DNA of 64,000 nucleotides from Candidatus Woesearchaeota archaeon. Lineage in GTDB: Archaea; Nanobdellota; Nanobdellia; Woesearchaeales; UBA583. The DNA is taken from contig JAQICV010000064.1 in NCBI GenBank assembly GCA_027858315.1, positions 4,971 to 68,970 of the forward strand. The letters are read 5' to 3'. The notes under the pieces are model-generated. The model saw nothing but the letters and a program-made list of their open reading frames with translations, did not search any database and had not been told where the DNA came from. Position 1 is the stretch's first letter. Every line of letters starts with the position of its first letter. The position numbers and the translations under genes are program-made. Below, piece after piece: positions 29,789 through 39,684 of the stretch.

Positions 29789-30685
29789 ATGATAATCACA
29801 ACATTAAATAATTCAGAAAAAATTGCAAAAAAAATTGCAAAAGAACTTGGAGCTAAATACTCTAAAACTCAGGTTACTACATTCCCTGACGGAGATTTAT
29901 ATTTAAAATATAATACTGAACTAAGCAAAGAAAAATTAATAATAGTTGAAAGTTTTCAACCAAATCCAAATAAATCATTATTTGATGTAATCTTTGCTGC
30001 AAAAACTGCAAAAGATTTAGGAGCAAAGAAAGTAGTTCTTGTAGTACCATATCTAGCCTTCATGAGACAAGATAAAAGATTCAAAGATGGAGAGTCTATA
30101 AATGCCCAAATAATGTCAGATTTAATTAACAATTCAGGAATCGATAAAATAATTACTGTAGACCCACACCTACATAGAATTTTAAAAATGAAAGATGTAT
30201 TTACAATTGCAGCAAAAAATGTAACTGCAAATCATCTAATTGCAAAATTCATAAAAAGAAAATATAGAAATGTTGCGGTAATTGGTCCTGATTGGGAATC
30301 TTATCAATGGGCAGATACAATTTCAAAAGAAATTGGCGTTGAAGATACAGTATTTGACAAAACTCGTCACTCATCCAGAACAGTTGATGTCGAAGTTACT
30401 AAAGATATTATAATTAAAGGCAAGAATGTGGTGATTGTAGATGATATTATCTCAACTGGGAACACAATGGTTAAAGCATGTCAAAAAGCAAGGAAATTAG
30501 GCGCAAAAACAGTAAATGCGATTGGTGTTCATGGTTTATTTGTAGAAAAAGGATATATTAAAATGAAAAGAGCAGGTTTTGATGATATTGTAACATGTAA
30601 TACCGTTGAGCACGAAACAAATAAAATTGATATAACTGAAGTTTTACTCGAAGAATTAAGAAAAGAGCTTCCAAAAACAAAATAA
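29789..30685 (+). CDS. prs: ribose-phosphate pyrophosphokinase
   Basis: PRPP-binding loop VVIVDDIISTGNT, an N-terminal FPDGDLYLK segment, and RQDKRF. Confidence 0.9.
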   Translation: MIITTLNNSEKIAKKIAKELGAKYSKTQVTTFPDGDLYLKYNTELSKEKLIIVESFQPNPNKSLFDVIFAAKTAKDLGAKKVVLVVPYLAFMRQDKRFKDGESINAQIMSDLINNSGIDKIITVDPHLHRILKMKDVFTIAAKNVTANHLIAKFIKRKYRNVAVIGPDWESYQWADTISKEIGVEDTVFDKTRHSSRTVDVEVTKDIIIKGKNVVIVDDIISTGNTMVKACQKARKLGAKTVNAIGVHGLFVEKGYIKMKRAGFDDIVTCNTVEHETNKIDITEVLLEELRKELPKTK

Positions 30686-30692
30686 TAATTAT

Positions 30693-31499
30693 TTAATTAT
30701 AACCCTCATATTTTTCTAATCCTTTCTTCCACAAGAAATAGCTACTAATTATTAATACTACAATCATTCCCATTAATATCAAAAAATAATCAAACAATTC
30801 TTTGTATCCTATATATCCAAAATAAAAATCAGTAGGTAGTGTTGCATAATATACTACTCCAACAATTAATCCAAAATATCTAATAGAATTATTCTTAAAA
30901 AAAGAAATAGGATAATAAGAAAAAGCATTTGTAAAATTTCCAAAATAAATTTCACCCAGAAAGCCATTCTCCTTTATAAAAAAAGCTAATGAATTCAGAA
31001 AGCATCTCACATTCATTAAAAAAACTCCTCCCAAAAATGAAAATCCCATAGTAACTGTAGCTCTAATTAAATTAAAATTTATATCAATGAATGCAAAATA
31101 GATTATCAGTGCAAGCATATATATTAAACTAAAAAGGATTGTATCCATCTTAATATTTGCTAATGATTGGTGTAAAAATAGGCTAACAGGCCTTGTAAGA
31201 TAAGCGTTAAATTTTCCAGTTAGTAGATCAACCCTTAATCCTCTAAACCAAGGATGAAAGAAGAACAGAAATAATTCCATAAGAATAAGATATAATGCAA
31301 ATTCATTCAAGTTCCAATAAAAAATTTCAGAGAATTGTTCTTTTAGAACAAAAAAACTAAAGGATATAATTATCATAAATGTCAGATGCGCAAAGATGCC
31401 TAAATATAAATTAGTCTTATATTCTTTAAAAGTTTTCAAATGCACAATAAAATATTCTTTAGTAAAAGATAGGTTTCTCTTAAAATTAAAATTAGACAT
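30693..31499 (-). CDS. ABC-2-family (PF06182-like) transporter permease, no ATPase partner adjacent
   Basis: Six hydrophobic segments and LLTGKFNAYLTRPVSLFL, which resembles the conserved G.lD.yL.rP motif of this family. Confidence 0.5.
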   Translation of the reverse strand: MSNFNFKRNLSFTKEYFIVHLKTFKEYKTNLYLGIFAHLTFMIIISFSFFVLKEQFSEIFYWNLNEFALYLILMELFLFFFHPWFRGLRVDLLTGKFNAYLTRPVSLFLHQSLANIKMDTILFSLIYMLALIIYFAFIDINFNLIRATVTMGFSFLGGVFLMNVRCFLNSLAFFIKENGFLGEIYFGNFTNAFSYYPISFFKNNSIRYFGLIVGVVYYATLPTDFYFGYIGYKELFDYFLILMGMIVVLIISSYFLWKKGLEKYEGYN

Positions 31500-31539
31500 A
31501 TTATTTAGAAAAAAATTTAGTTAATAAATTTTTATATTA

Positions 31540-31950
31540 TTATTCTGCAGCAACTTCTTCTACAGTAGGAGCAAATGCTTTAACAACAGCATCGTCACCC
31601 TTAATAGTTTTTAGATTTAATTGGTGTGTTTTCTCATATACAGTATTTCCTGCAACCATTTTCTTAATTCTTAAACCACCAAATCTCTTACCTCTAAGTT
31701 TTCCTTTAAAACCAATACCCTTACCAACTAAGATTTTTCTTTTGTTAATACCTGGTAGGTCTTTTCTCATAGGAAAACCACTTGCATCAGAACCCCCAGA
31801 AATTAAGAATTTAGCACCAGTGATACCAATAAGTTCACTGTTAAATTCTTCCCCGAGAGTCTTTTGATACAAAGCCTCAGCTTCTTCTTGAGAAAGCTCC
31901 TTTTGAAAGCATTTCCCAGATTTTGTTCCAATAACAACTTTAATTGCCAT
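31540..31950 (-). CDS. rps6e: 30S ribosomal protein eS6
   Basis: MAIKVVIG...GGSDASGFPMRKDLPG...GLRIKKMVAGN matches S6e. The start was trimmed to the ATG at 31950, which has a TATA-like box about 25 nt upstream. The longer ORF-track N-terminus is not S6e-like. Confidence 0.9.
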   Translation of the reverse strand: MAIKVVIGTKSGKCFQKELSQEEAEALYQKTLGEEFNSELIGITGAKFLISGGSDASGFPMRKDLPGINKRKILVGKGIGFKGKLRGKRFGGLRIKKMVAGNTVYEKTHQLNLKTIKGDDAVVKAFAPTVEEVAAE

Positions 31951-32038
31951 AATAATAGGAATTTTATATGGTTTATAAATATATATGTTAAATAAGTGAT
32001 GATAAAACTTTATAAAAAAGAATAAACAAAAATAATCA

Positions 32039-32902
32039 ATGATATCATTTTCCTTCATATCTTTATTATCTGGAATCATCTCAGTAATTGCAATTATCAT
32101 AGTTTTATCTATTTTTAATAAAGTATATCAGGAAGACTACAAGAAACCATGGCTATTTATTGGTATTTCAACACTATTCTTAGGAAGTTCCCAAATTTTA
32201 AGATTTCTTGCAGGATTTTTCAACATTTATATTATAAATTTAAACATAACTGAGGCAACAACATACATGTTAGATTTCATTTCAATTATGTTTCTAACAT
32301 ATGGTCTAATTCTAGAACAAGTAATTTTAAAATATTTCAAAGGAAAATTTGTAAAAATGAAATTTATTCCGGTTCAAGAAGGAACTTTAGGTGGAGAAAT
32401 AGATTTAAATGTATCAAATGGAAGTTCATATATTGCAGTAAAAAAAGATAAAAAATATTTATTAGAACAATTCTCTCAGGCAACAAAAAAAGGTTTTGAA
32501 GGATTTTTAATAACTGAAGACAATCCTAAACAAATAAGATCCAAATACAATTTACAAAAAACTCCAATAGCTTGGATATCACAAATCGACATGGGAATTG
32601 ATTCAAATTATTTGAAAGATTCTTTAGATGAAAATTCAGACATAGTAGACCCACTCCAATTAAACAATTTAATAACTTTTGTTGACAATTTTTTAGAACA
32701 ATCCCAGAATCCATTTTTAATGGTTGATCTAAATCTTCTTCTTAGAACAAATAATTACACGATTGTATTAGAATTTTTAAAATATTTAACAAGTAGGACT
32801 GAGAGATTTAATGGTATTTTAATCACATTAATTAATATTGACATAATAAAAAATGATCAAATTCAAGAACTTCAAACTTTCATGAATGACTTAGAGAGTT
32901 AA
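32039..32902 (+). CDS. membrane protein with C-terminal DUF835-like domain
   Basis: Three N-terminal TM segments, then GSSYIAVKKDK...KGFEGFLITEDNPKQIRSKYNL.KTPIAWIS, which resembles archaeal DUF835. Confidence 0.5.
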   Translation: MISFSFISLLSGIISVIAIIIVLSIFNKVYQEDYKKPWLFIGISTLFLGSSQILRFLAGFFNIYIINLNITEATTYMLDFISIMFLTYGLILEQVILKYFKGKFVKMKFIPVQEGTLGGEIDLNVSNGSSYIAVKKDKKYLLEQFSQATKKGFEGFLITEDNPKQIRSKYNLQKTPIAWISQIDMGIDSNYLKDSLDENSDIVDPLQLNNLITFVDNFLEQSQNPFLMVDLNLLLRTNNYTIVLEFLKYLTSRTERFNGILITLINIDIIKNDQIQELQTFMNDLES

Positions 32903-32909
32903 ATTTAAT

Positions 32910-33194
32910 TCATTTAAATCCTTTGATAATTTTCGTATCAGAAATATTGAAATCAGTATTTTCCCACACTAGTGTATCATTATGGAAAATTTTTTTTACT
33001 CTAATAAAAGGAATAATATATCTTTTTCCATCCTCATTGTATACTTTAAAAGAAACGGGAGATGTGCCAATTTCAATTTTATAGATCTTAATTATTTCAT
33101 CTTCATTATCTTTATTTAAATAAAGAATACTATGACCTATAACTGTCCCATTATCAAACAATGTATATAAAAATTTATGTGTATCAAATTTCAT
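32910..33194 (-). CDS. DUF504 / MJ1316-like domain protein (putative RNA 2',3'-cyclic phosphate end binding)
   Basis: C-terminal IIPFIRVKKIFHNDTLVWEN resembles the IP.HRI....g..vW motif of the family. The call is tentative. Confidence 0.35.
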   Translation of the reverse strand: MKFDTHKFLYTLFDNGTVIGHSILYLNKDNEDEIIKIYKIEIGTSPVSFKVYNEDGKRYIIPFIRVKKIFHNDTLVWENTDFNISDTKIIKGFK

Positions 33195-33196
33195 TT

Positions 33197-34312
33197 TTAT
33201 TTAAATAATCCTTTCATTCTATTAAGGATACTTTTATCTTTGAGTGTTTTAGCATACTCTCCTAGAATCTTCTTTTGTTCAGAAGTACTCTTAGTTGGAA
33301 TATCAACATTTATCTTCACATATAAATCTCCAAAACCACCATAATTAAAATGAGGAATACCTTTTTCTTTTAACCTTAAAATTGTTCCAGGTTGTGCTCC
33401 TGAAGGGATTTTAAGTGAAAGAGTTTTCTTAAAATGTTTAAATTCAACTTCATCACCAAGTATTGCTTGAATAAAATTAATATCTAACGTCATATACAAA
33501 TCAGGACCTTCAACTTCAAACTGTTTATCTTTTTTAACATAAATCTTCAAATACAAATCTCCATAAGTACTAGTTTGAGAATCATAATTTCCTTTACCTG
33601 AAACTCTTAATGTAACTCCGCTCTCAATACCTTTAGGAATTGCAACTTCAATAATATCATGTTTAGATTCGGTACCGCTACCTGAACACTTACTACAAGC
33701 GTTCTTAATTCTCTTACCTTTACCTGAACAATCATAACAAGTTCTTTGTGTTCTAATATGTCCAAGAATAGATCTTTGAGTTTCAATAACAACTCCTCTA
33801 CCATCACAAGTTGGACAAGTTTCAACATCACTAGATTTTTCAGCACCTTTTCCTAAACAATTAGAACACTCAACATCATGTGTAATCTTAATTTCTTTTT
33901 TGACACCAAAATAAACATCTTCTAGAGTAAGTTCAACTTCAGAATAAATTCTAGTATCTTTCTTTTGAGACTGTCTTCGGGAACCTCCTCCAAAACCACC
34001 AAAACCAAATTGTTCGAAAATATCATCTAAATTAATTCCGAAATCTCCTGGATTAAAGCCTCCTCCTCCTCCACCAAATCCACTAAAACCTTGAGGTCCA
34101 TCTGTACTACCATAAGTGTCGTACTGTTGTTTCTTTTGGTCATCAAGTAAAACTCCTGCTGCTTCATTAATCTCTTTAAATTTTGTTTCGGCATTAGCTT
34201 CTTTGGAAATATCTGGATGATACTTCTTTGCTAATTTTTTATATGCCTTCTTAATATCTTCTTTTGAAGCACCTTTTTCAATGCCTAGAATATCATAATA
34301 GTTCTTTGTCAT
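33197..34312 (-). CDS. dnaJ: chaperone DnaJ (type I)
   Basis: J domain (DYYDILG...KKYHPD), a G/F-rich region, four CxxCxGxG zinc-finger repeats and a C-terminal domain. Confidence 0.93.
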   Translation of the reverse strand: MTKNYYDILGIEKGASKEDIKKAYKKLAKKYHPDISKEANAETKFKEINEAAGVLLDDQKKQQYDTYGSTDGPQGFSGFGGGGGGFNPGDFGINLDDIFEQFGFGGFGGGSRRQSQKKDTRIYSEVELTLEDVYFGVKKEIKITHDVECSNCLGKGAEKSSDVETCPTCDGRGVVIETQRSILGHIRTQRTCYDCSGKGKRIKNACSKCSGSGTESKHDIIEVAIPKGIESGVTLRVSGKGNYDSQTSTYGDLYLKIYVKKDKQFEVEGPDLYMTLDINFIQAILGDEVEFKHFKKTLSLKIPSGAQPGTILRLKEKGIPHFNYGGFGDLYVKINVDIPTKSTSEQKKILGEYAKTLKDKSILNRMKGLFK

Positions 34313-34404
34313 TTTTTATCTAATATGAATAAGGAGAATTTATTTATAAAACTTCTCTCAAAAACTAAAAAATTGTAAGAAATTCAAGATTTGGGTCAAT
34401 TTTA

Positions 34405-35190
34405 TTATTTAAATAGTTCTAGTTTTTTTTGAAATCTTAAATCATAAAAAAAATTAATTTTTGGAGACATATATTTCATAGCATTTAGAATATCAGAATC
34501 ATAAACTTTCATCATATTTTCATTATACATTATTTCAAAAGTCTCATTATGTGTCAATCCCAATTTATATTCTCTCTCACTTCTTAGAGCATCATAAATA
34601 TCTGCAACAGCAATAATTCTTGCAACTAATGGAATACCTCTGCCTGATAAATTAAAATGTCCTGAACCATCCATTTTTTCATGGTGAAACATTGCAGCAT
34701 TAACTACTGTGGAATTTTTAATTCCTAGAATTGAGAGTATTATTTCTCCATATTGCATATGTTGAGCTAAAATTTCCTTATCTTTTTCAGATAATTTATT
34801 CTTTTTAAAATAAATGTCAATAGGTGAAACTAAATGTCCTATATCGTGCAAAAATCCTGCGTCTCTAATTTCACGTTTTTTTAATGAAGAATACTTACTT
34901 GGATTTTTAAATTTAAGATTTCGGGTAAGTTTTGCTCCAATAAGGCCTACTTTATATGAATGATAAATTAATCTATTATTAAACTTATATTTCATATGCT
35001 TTGATCTTGAAACTGCCATTGCAACTTTATCAAAATCTTTCTTTGAATCAAAATACAATTCTTCTTTAATTTTATCTAAAAGTATAGATAAATCTATTGG
35101 TTTATTAATAGGTCTAGTTTCTCCAATAATATTTTTTTCAGAATAAGAATCAAGTTTCAGAGAAAATTTATTAATTAAAGACTTAATCAT
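34405..35190 (-). CDS. HD-GYP-family phosphohydrolase-like protein with degenerate GYP (GHF)
   Basis: HDIGHLV, HHEKMDGSGHFNLSGRGIPLVARIIAVADIYDALRSEREYK follows the HD-GYP consensus HHE..DGsGYP...IP..aRI..vaD.yDAl. No sensor domain is present. Confidence 0.7.
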   Translation of the reverse strand: MIKSLINKFSLKLDSYSEKNIIGETRPINKPIDLSILLDKIKEELYFDSKKDFDKVAMAVSRSKHMKYKFNNRLIYHSYKVGLIGAKLTRNLKFKNPSKYSSLKKREIRDAGFLHDIGHLVSPIDIYFKKNKLSEKDKEILAQHMQYGEIILSILGIKNSTVVNAAMFHHEKMDGSGHFNLSGRGIPLVARIIAVADIYDALRSEREYKLGLTHNETFEIMYNENMMKVYDSDILNAMKYMSPKINFFYDLRFQKKLELFK

Positions 35191-35229
35191 TAAATAAAAT
35201 GAAATTTGGAATATATAAAATTATCTGAT

Positions 35230-36303
35230 TCACAAAAAATCCCTATTAACTTCAAATGCTTCAACTGTCGGATCTTCTTCTATAATTGCAGGAACTAAAC
35301 TTAATTCCTTCAAAACTTCGGCAAATTGCTGAACATGTTCGGGATATGTTAAAATCCTTAATTTCTTCTCATCAATCATAACTCCAAGGCCTTCTTCTTC
35401 AAGCATTTCTTTAGTTTTATTAAGAGTTTCTAAGTCTTTTTCTTTGGTATAAATTACTCCTCGAAGCATTAATCCTTCATCTGTAATAATATCAAACTTA
35501 GTTGCAATACTCTGAGCCCTTAGTTTAAATCTATTTTGCATCTGAACTTTATCTTTAAGAGTTCCAGTACAAAAATGAACATTGTATGGTTTATTCTCAC
35601 AATGCTCTAAAATTTCCAATCCTAACTCATCAGAACCCTTGATTCCGTGAGAAATGTCAGTTTTAGTATCATAACCCTCATTCATCATATCTTCTGAGTT
35701 CCTGTCTGAAATCTCGAATTCATTCAAATTCAAAAATTTCACTTTTCCTTCAATGAAATCACATAAATCTAATATTGCTTCTTTATCATTAGGGGCGCAA
35801 GGAATCTCAACACCTACATCCCAATCAAACTCATTTGCTAAATCAATTTTGCTCCATTCTTCTTTCTTTTCAAAATCTGGATGAAATCTAATCTCATCAA
35901 GTCCTGCATCATATAATTGTTTTAAATTATCTTTATTAATCAAAATTAAACTTGTATAAAGATGAATATGGAACTCTTTTCCAAATTTTTCTTTTAGAAA
36001 CTTAATGTACTCAAGAGTTCTCTCAAGTCTTGAAAGTGGGTCTCCACCTGTAATTCCTGCTCCTTTTGCTTGAGTTAATTTTGCTTCTTCAAGCATATCC
36101 TCAAATGAATCTGTCTTCCATTCATTGATGTAAATAACATCTTGGTCTTTTCTGTTATCAGAAAGCGGACAATACCAACATTGTCTAGGACAAATCCCTG
36201 TCACATACAAAACCAATTTCTCTCCTTTAACACACATTTGACATCCTTTAGGTAATTCGCCTATTTTTTTAGAATAATAAGGAGTATCTTCAATTTCTCT
36301 CAT
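35230..36303 (-). CDS. radical SAM protein (COG2108-like, related to PFL-activating enzymes)
   Basis: CPRQCWYCP (Cx3Cx2C) cluster motif and a GGDPL SAM-binding motif. Confidence 0.75.
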   Translation of the reverse strand: MREIEDTPYYSKKIGELPKGCQMCVKGEKLVLYVTGICPRQCWYCPLSDNRKDQDVIYINEWKTDSFEDMLEEAKLTQAKGAGITGGDPLSRLERTLEYIKFLKEKFGKEFHIHLYTSLILINKDNLKQLYDAGLDEIRFHPDFEKKEEWSKIDLANEFDWDVGVEIPCAPNDKEAILDLCDFIEGKVKFLNLNEFEISDRNSEDMMNEGYDTKTDISHGIKGSDELGLEILEHCENKPYNVHFCTGTLKDKVQMQNRFKLRAQSIATKFDIITDEGLMLRGVIYTKEKDLETLNKTKEMLEEEGLGVMIDEKKLRILTYPEHVQQFAEVLKELSLVPAIIEEDPTVEAFEVNRDFL

Positions 36304-36395
36304 ATATTTTTGAATGCTCTATAATTTAAAAATGCACCGAAAAATCTTTGATTTTGACTGTGTAAAAAAGAATAAAACAGAGTTTAAAAATATAA

Positions 36396-38006
36396 TTAAA
36401 AATTAGCAGAATAATTACCTTCTAATATCTCAAATTCTTTGTTTTTAATCAAAAATAATTTTTGTGCAACTCTATTAATGAAACGTCTATCATGTGATAC
36501 AAAAATTACTGTCCCACTAAATTCTTTCAAAGCTTTTTCTAATGATTCAATCAATTCAACATCTAAGTGATTCGTAGGCTCATCAAGCAATAAAATATCA
36601 CATTTACTAAGCATTAATTTAACTAATGAAACTCTAGTTTTTTCTCCTCCACTCAAAGATTTTAATTTATTATGAATCTTGCTTTTTTCAAATCCGAATT
36701 TAATAAGATTGGATATTATATGATGCTCCATTAATTTTTGGTCAGCCTCCCATAAATAATCCATAACTGATTGTTTCAAATCCATATCTTTAAACTCTTG
36801 GTCTAAATAACCAATTTTCATATTTAAACCAAATTTCAAATTTCCACTATTTATAGATTCATCTCCTTTAATTATTTTTAGTAAGGTAGTCTTACCTACA
36901 CCATTTTTTCCAATAATTGCAATTTTCTCTCCATTTTTAATATCAAATGATGCATTTTCTAAAATCTCAATTGCGCCAAAACTTTTATCTATATCATTAC
37001 CCTTTGCAATCATATTTCCAATGAAACTTCCTTCTTCAAATTTTAATTTAAACTCGTCTGTAAAATCATCTGGATTTGGAGGATCTCCTAAATCTTCAGC
37101 TTTCTTTTGTAATCTATCAGCTTGAACTTTCATCTTTTTACTTCCAACTAAATGAGCCCATTCTCTTTTTTGCATCTCTGACTCTTTTAATTTAGTTTTC
37201 TCTTTAGTAATTGCATGATGTTTATTTTTTAATTGAGTATGATGTAATTTTCTTTTTTTTAAATAATCAACATAATCGCAATCATAAACTTCAAAATGTT
37301 TATTCTCAATCTCAACAATTCTATTTGAGACTAAATTAACAAAATATCTATCATGAGAAATCGACATAAAACTTTTCTTAGAATAAAATATTCTCTTCTC
37401 AAGCCATCTAATAGTTTCAAAATCTAAATGATTAGTAGGCTCATCAAGAATTGTGAATTCTACATCCTTACTTAGAACTTCTGCAAGTCTTAATTTAGTT
37501 CTTTGTCCACCACTTAGATCGCAAATTTTCTTGTTAAAATCTTGCATCTCAAAATTAATCTCTTCAAGAATTTCTCTAATCACATTATCATCAATATTTA
37601 ATTCTTGTCTTATTGATATTTTAGCATGTTCAGACAATAGTTTTTCATACAAATCCATATCATCATAAATATTTGGATCTCCAAATTGTGCTTCAATTGC
37701 TTCTTTTTTAACTGAGAGTTTGTTTTTTTTATTTTCAAGATAATCATGAAAAGTGAGTTCAGTTTGTTCAAATACTTTCTCTTGCTCCATTATTGCAATA
37801 GTAATATCAGTATTTAATTCAACAACCCCTTCATACTCTTCTTCACCAACCATACATTTAACAAAAGTTGACTTTCCAGTTCCATTTTGTCCAAGCAGAG
37901 CAACCTTGTCTCCTTTATGAATAATAAGTTCTGAATTTTCAAATAGAACATCACTTCCAAAGGTTTTTTCAAACCCCTTAACTCTTAAAATTAATTCTTT
38001 ACTCAT
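36396..38006 (-). CDS. ABC-F family ATPase (two tandem ABC domains, no TMD)
   Basis: Two Walker A motifs (GQNGTGKST, GKNGVGKTT), two signature motifs (LSGGQRT, LSGGEKT), two Walker B motifs (ILDEPTNHLD, LLDEPTNHLD), and a basic inter-domain linker. Confidence 0.88.
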   Translation of the reverse strand: MSKELILRVKGFEKTFGSDVLFENSELIIHKGDKVALLGQNGTGKSTFVKCMVGEEEYEGVVELNTDITIAIMEQEKVFEQTELTFHDYLENKKNKLSVKKEAIEAQFGDPNIYDDMDLYEKLLSEHAKISIRQELNIDDNVIREILEEINFEMQDFNKKICDLSGGQRTKLRLAEVLSKDVEFTILDEPTNHLDFETIRWLEKRIFYSKKSFMSISHDRYFVNLVSNRIVEIENKHFEVYDCDYVDYLKKRKLHHTQLKNKHHAITKEKTKLKESEMQKREWAHLVGSKKMKVQADRLQKKAEDLGDPPNPDDFTDEFKLKFEEGSFIGNMIAKGNDIDKSFGAIEILENASFDIKNGEKIAIIGKNGVGKTTLLKIIKGDESINSGNLKFGLNMKIGYLDQEFKDMDLKQSVMDYLWEADQKLMEHHIISNLIKFGFEKSKIHNKLKSLSGGEKTRVSLVKLMLSKCDILLLDEPTNHLDVELIESLEKALKEFSGTVIFVSHDRRFINRVAQKLFLIKNKEFEILEGNYSANF

Positions 38007-38097
38007 TTTGTCTTATATTTATTTAGAATAAAAATGTGTTTAAAAAAGTATTTAAAATAAAAACCTAATAGAATTTAAAACAAATAAACTTTAGTAA

Positions 38098-38439
38098 TTA
38101 TTTTTTACATTTATAAAAAAATTTAAACTCCGATGAATTTTGAATACCATCTTCAGGTTCAATATTTGTAATAAATATTATGTCTCCTTTTGCTTGAACA
38201 ATTTGAGCTTTAAAATCATAAACTTTCTTAATCATTTCGAGTTCTTTACTAGAATCTTCTAATAAGTTTTGTCTGTATACCTTACAAATTTTATCAAATA
38301 TGGGTTGATATTCTTTTTCAAATAATTGTTGATCATTTGAAAAAGCAACAACATCTTTTAATAATGGTGAATCTTCTGCATATGCAACATTAATACTTGC
38401 AATTGCCATTAATCCTATTAATGTTTTTTGTAGTCTCAT
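38098..38439 (-). CDS. small secreted protein, unknown function
   Basis: Signal peptide MRLQKTLIGLMAIASINVAYA. No other motif recognised. Confidence 0.45.
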   Translation of the reverse strand: MRLQKTLIGLMAIASINVAYAEDSPLLKDVVAFSNDQQLFEKEYQPIFDKICKVYRQNLLEDSSKELEMIKKVYDFKAQIVQAKGDIIFITNIEPEDGIQNSSEFKFFYKCKK

Positions 38440-38462
38440 ATGATTTTATACGAATTCACTAT

Positions 38463-39620
38463 TTATAACAAATCATCATCAATATCAATCTCTTCAATAT
38501 CATCTAAATTATCATCAATATCCACTTCTTCTACTTTCTCTTCTTTTGCAGCAGGTTTTGATTCTTCTTTCTTAACAATTCTATCTGAACTTGTTTCAGA
38601 TTGTCCAGCAATCTTTTGATTGCTCGTATCTTCAACTGTTGTGAACTCAACACTAAGTACTTGATTAACTAAAAATTGTTTATCTCCAGTCATATTATTA
38701 AGTCCAACATTTCCTACAATCTCAAGTTTTGAACCAATCATCTTTTTAGAGAAATCTCTATATTTATCAATATCTTCTGTAAGTCCAATAATTTCTATAT
38801 CTTTTAATTTTGTTAAATTCTCAGCTCTATCTCTAAATCCAACAATAGATATAGTTGATTCTCCATCGTCAAATACAATATTTACAATTGGAATTCTTAG
38901 TGCTTTAACTTCTTCATGCTCGGCGCATTTATATATTCCTTCATCTTGAAAAACTTTCTTAAAACACTCTGGGCATCCAAGATAGAATCTAGGAATCTCA
39001 AAATCTGTCACAATACCTGAAAGTTTAATATTTCTATCTCCTTCTTCAAGTTCATTAATTTTTTTCTCTTTACTCACAATTTCTTGTGGAACAAATTCTT
39101 TTAATTCAATTTTCACATCTTTAGGATTAACTTCAATATCACTATATTGTCCATAATGAACTTCAATTCTCTCCTGATTAGTATTTTCTCTAGTATAAGC
39201 ATTTAAAACTTTTAAAACATCTCCATCATGAATAGAATCTAATAATTCAGTTTTCTCTCCCCAAAAAACAAGCCTTGTAATTCCAGTCTCATCTCCGACA
39301 AGCATCGATTGAACTCTACCTTGAGGGTTTTTCTCAGTAGAAAAAGTAACTAAATCATATTTTCTAATAATCTTACAAATAAAACTAACTGGAGTCTTAG
39401 GTTCAGTAATATCTTCAATCTTTGCAAGCTCTGCATCTTTTTTAGGTCTCTCTGAATCAAGCCTTACGCCTAAATCATTAGCAATAATATAAATTGCTCC
39501 TTCATCTGAGATTAATCCTGATAATTCATTAACTTTCTCGGCAATCATTGAGCTGATTTCTTCAGAAGATTTACCAGACTTATCAATAAGATTTTGTAGA
39601 AGTTTTTCTTTCTCTGTCAT
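38463..39620 (-). CDS. rpa: RPA-like single-stranded DNA-binding protein (replication factor A)
   Basis: N-terminal helical domain (SSEEISSMIAEKVNELSGLISDEGAIYIIANDLGV), OB-fold regions, a zinc motif CPEC...C.H, and a strongly acidic C-terminal tail (DIDDNLDDIEEIDIDDDLL). Confidence 0.7.
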   Translation of the reverse strand: MTEKEKLLQNLIDKSGKSSEEISSMIAEKVNELSGLISDEGAIYIIANDLGVRLDSERPKKDAELAKIEDITEPKTPVSFICKIIRKYDLVTFSTEKNPQGRVQSMLVGDETGITRLVFWGEKTELLDSIHDGDVLKVLNAYTRENTNQERIEVHYGQYSDIEVNPKDVKIELKEFVPQEIVSKEKKINELEEGDRNIKLSGIVTDFEIPRFYLGCPECFKKVFQDEGIYKCAEHEEVKALRIPIVNIVFDDGESTISIVGFRDRAENLTKLKDIEIIGLTEDIDKYRDFSKKMIGSKLEIVGNVGLNNMTGDKQFLVNQVLSVEFTTVEDTSNQKIAGQSETSSDRIVKKEESKPAAKEEKVEEVDIDDNLDDIEEIDIDDDLL

Positions 39621-39684
39621 TATAATAATTAAACACTAAACGAAGTTTATAAAATTTTCCATCTTGTAGTAAATAATTAATATT

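Noticed and set aside
31951-32100. 50-codon N-terminal extension of the eS6 ORF, overlapping the divergent DUF835 gene start.
   Set aside because: The S6e homology begins at MAIKVV (31950). The extension covers the divergent promoter region and has no S6e counterpart.
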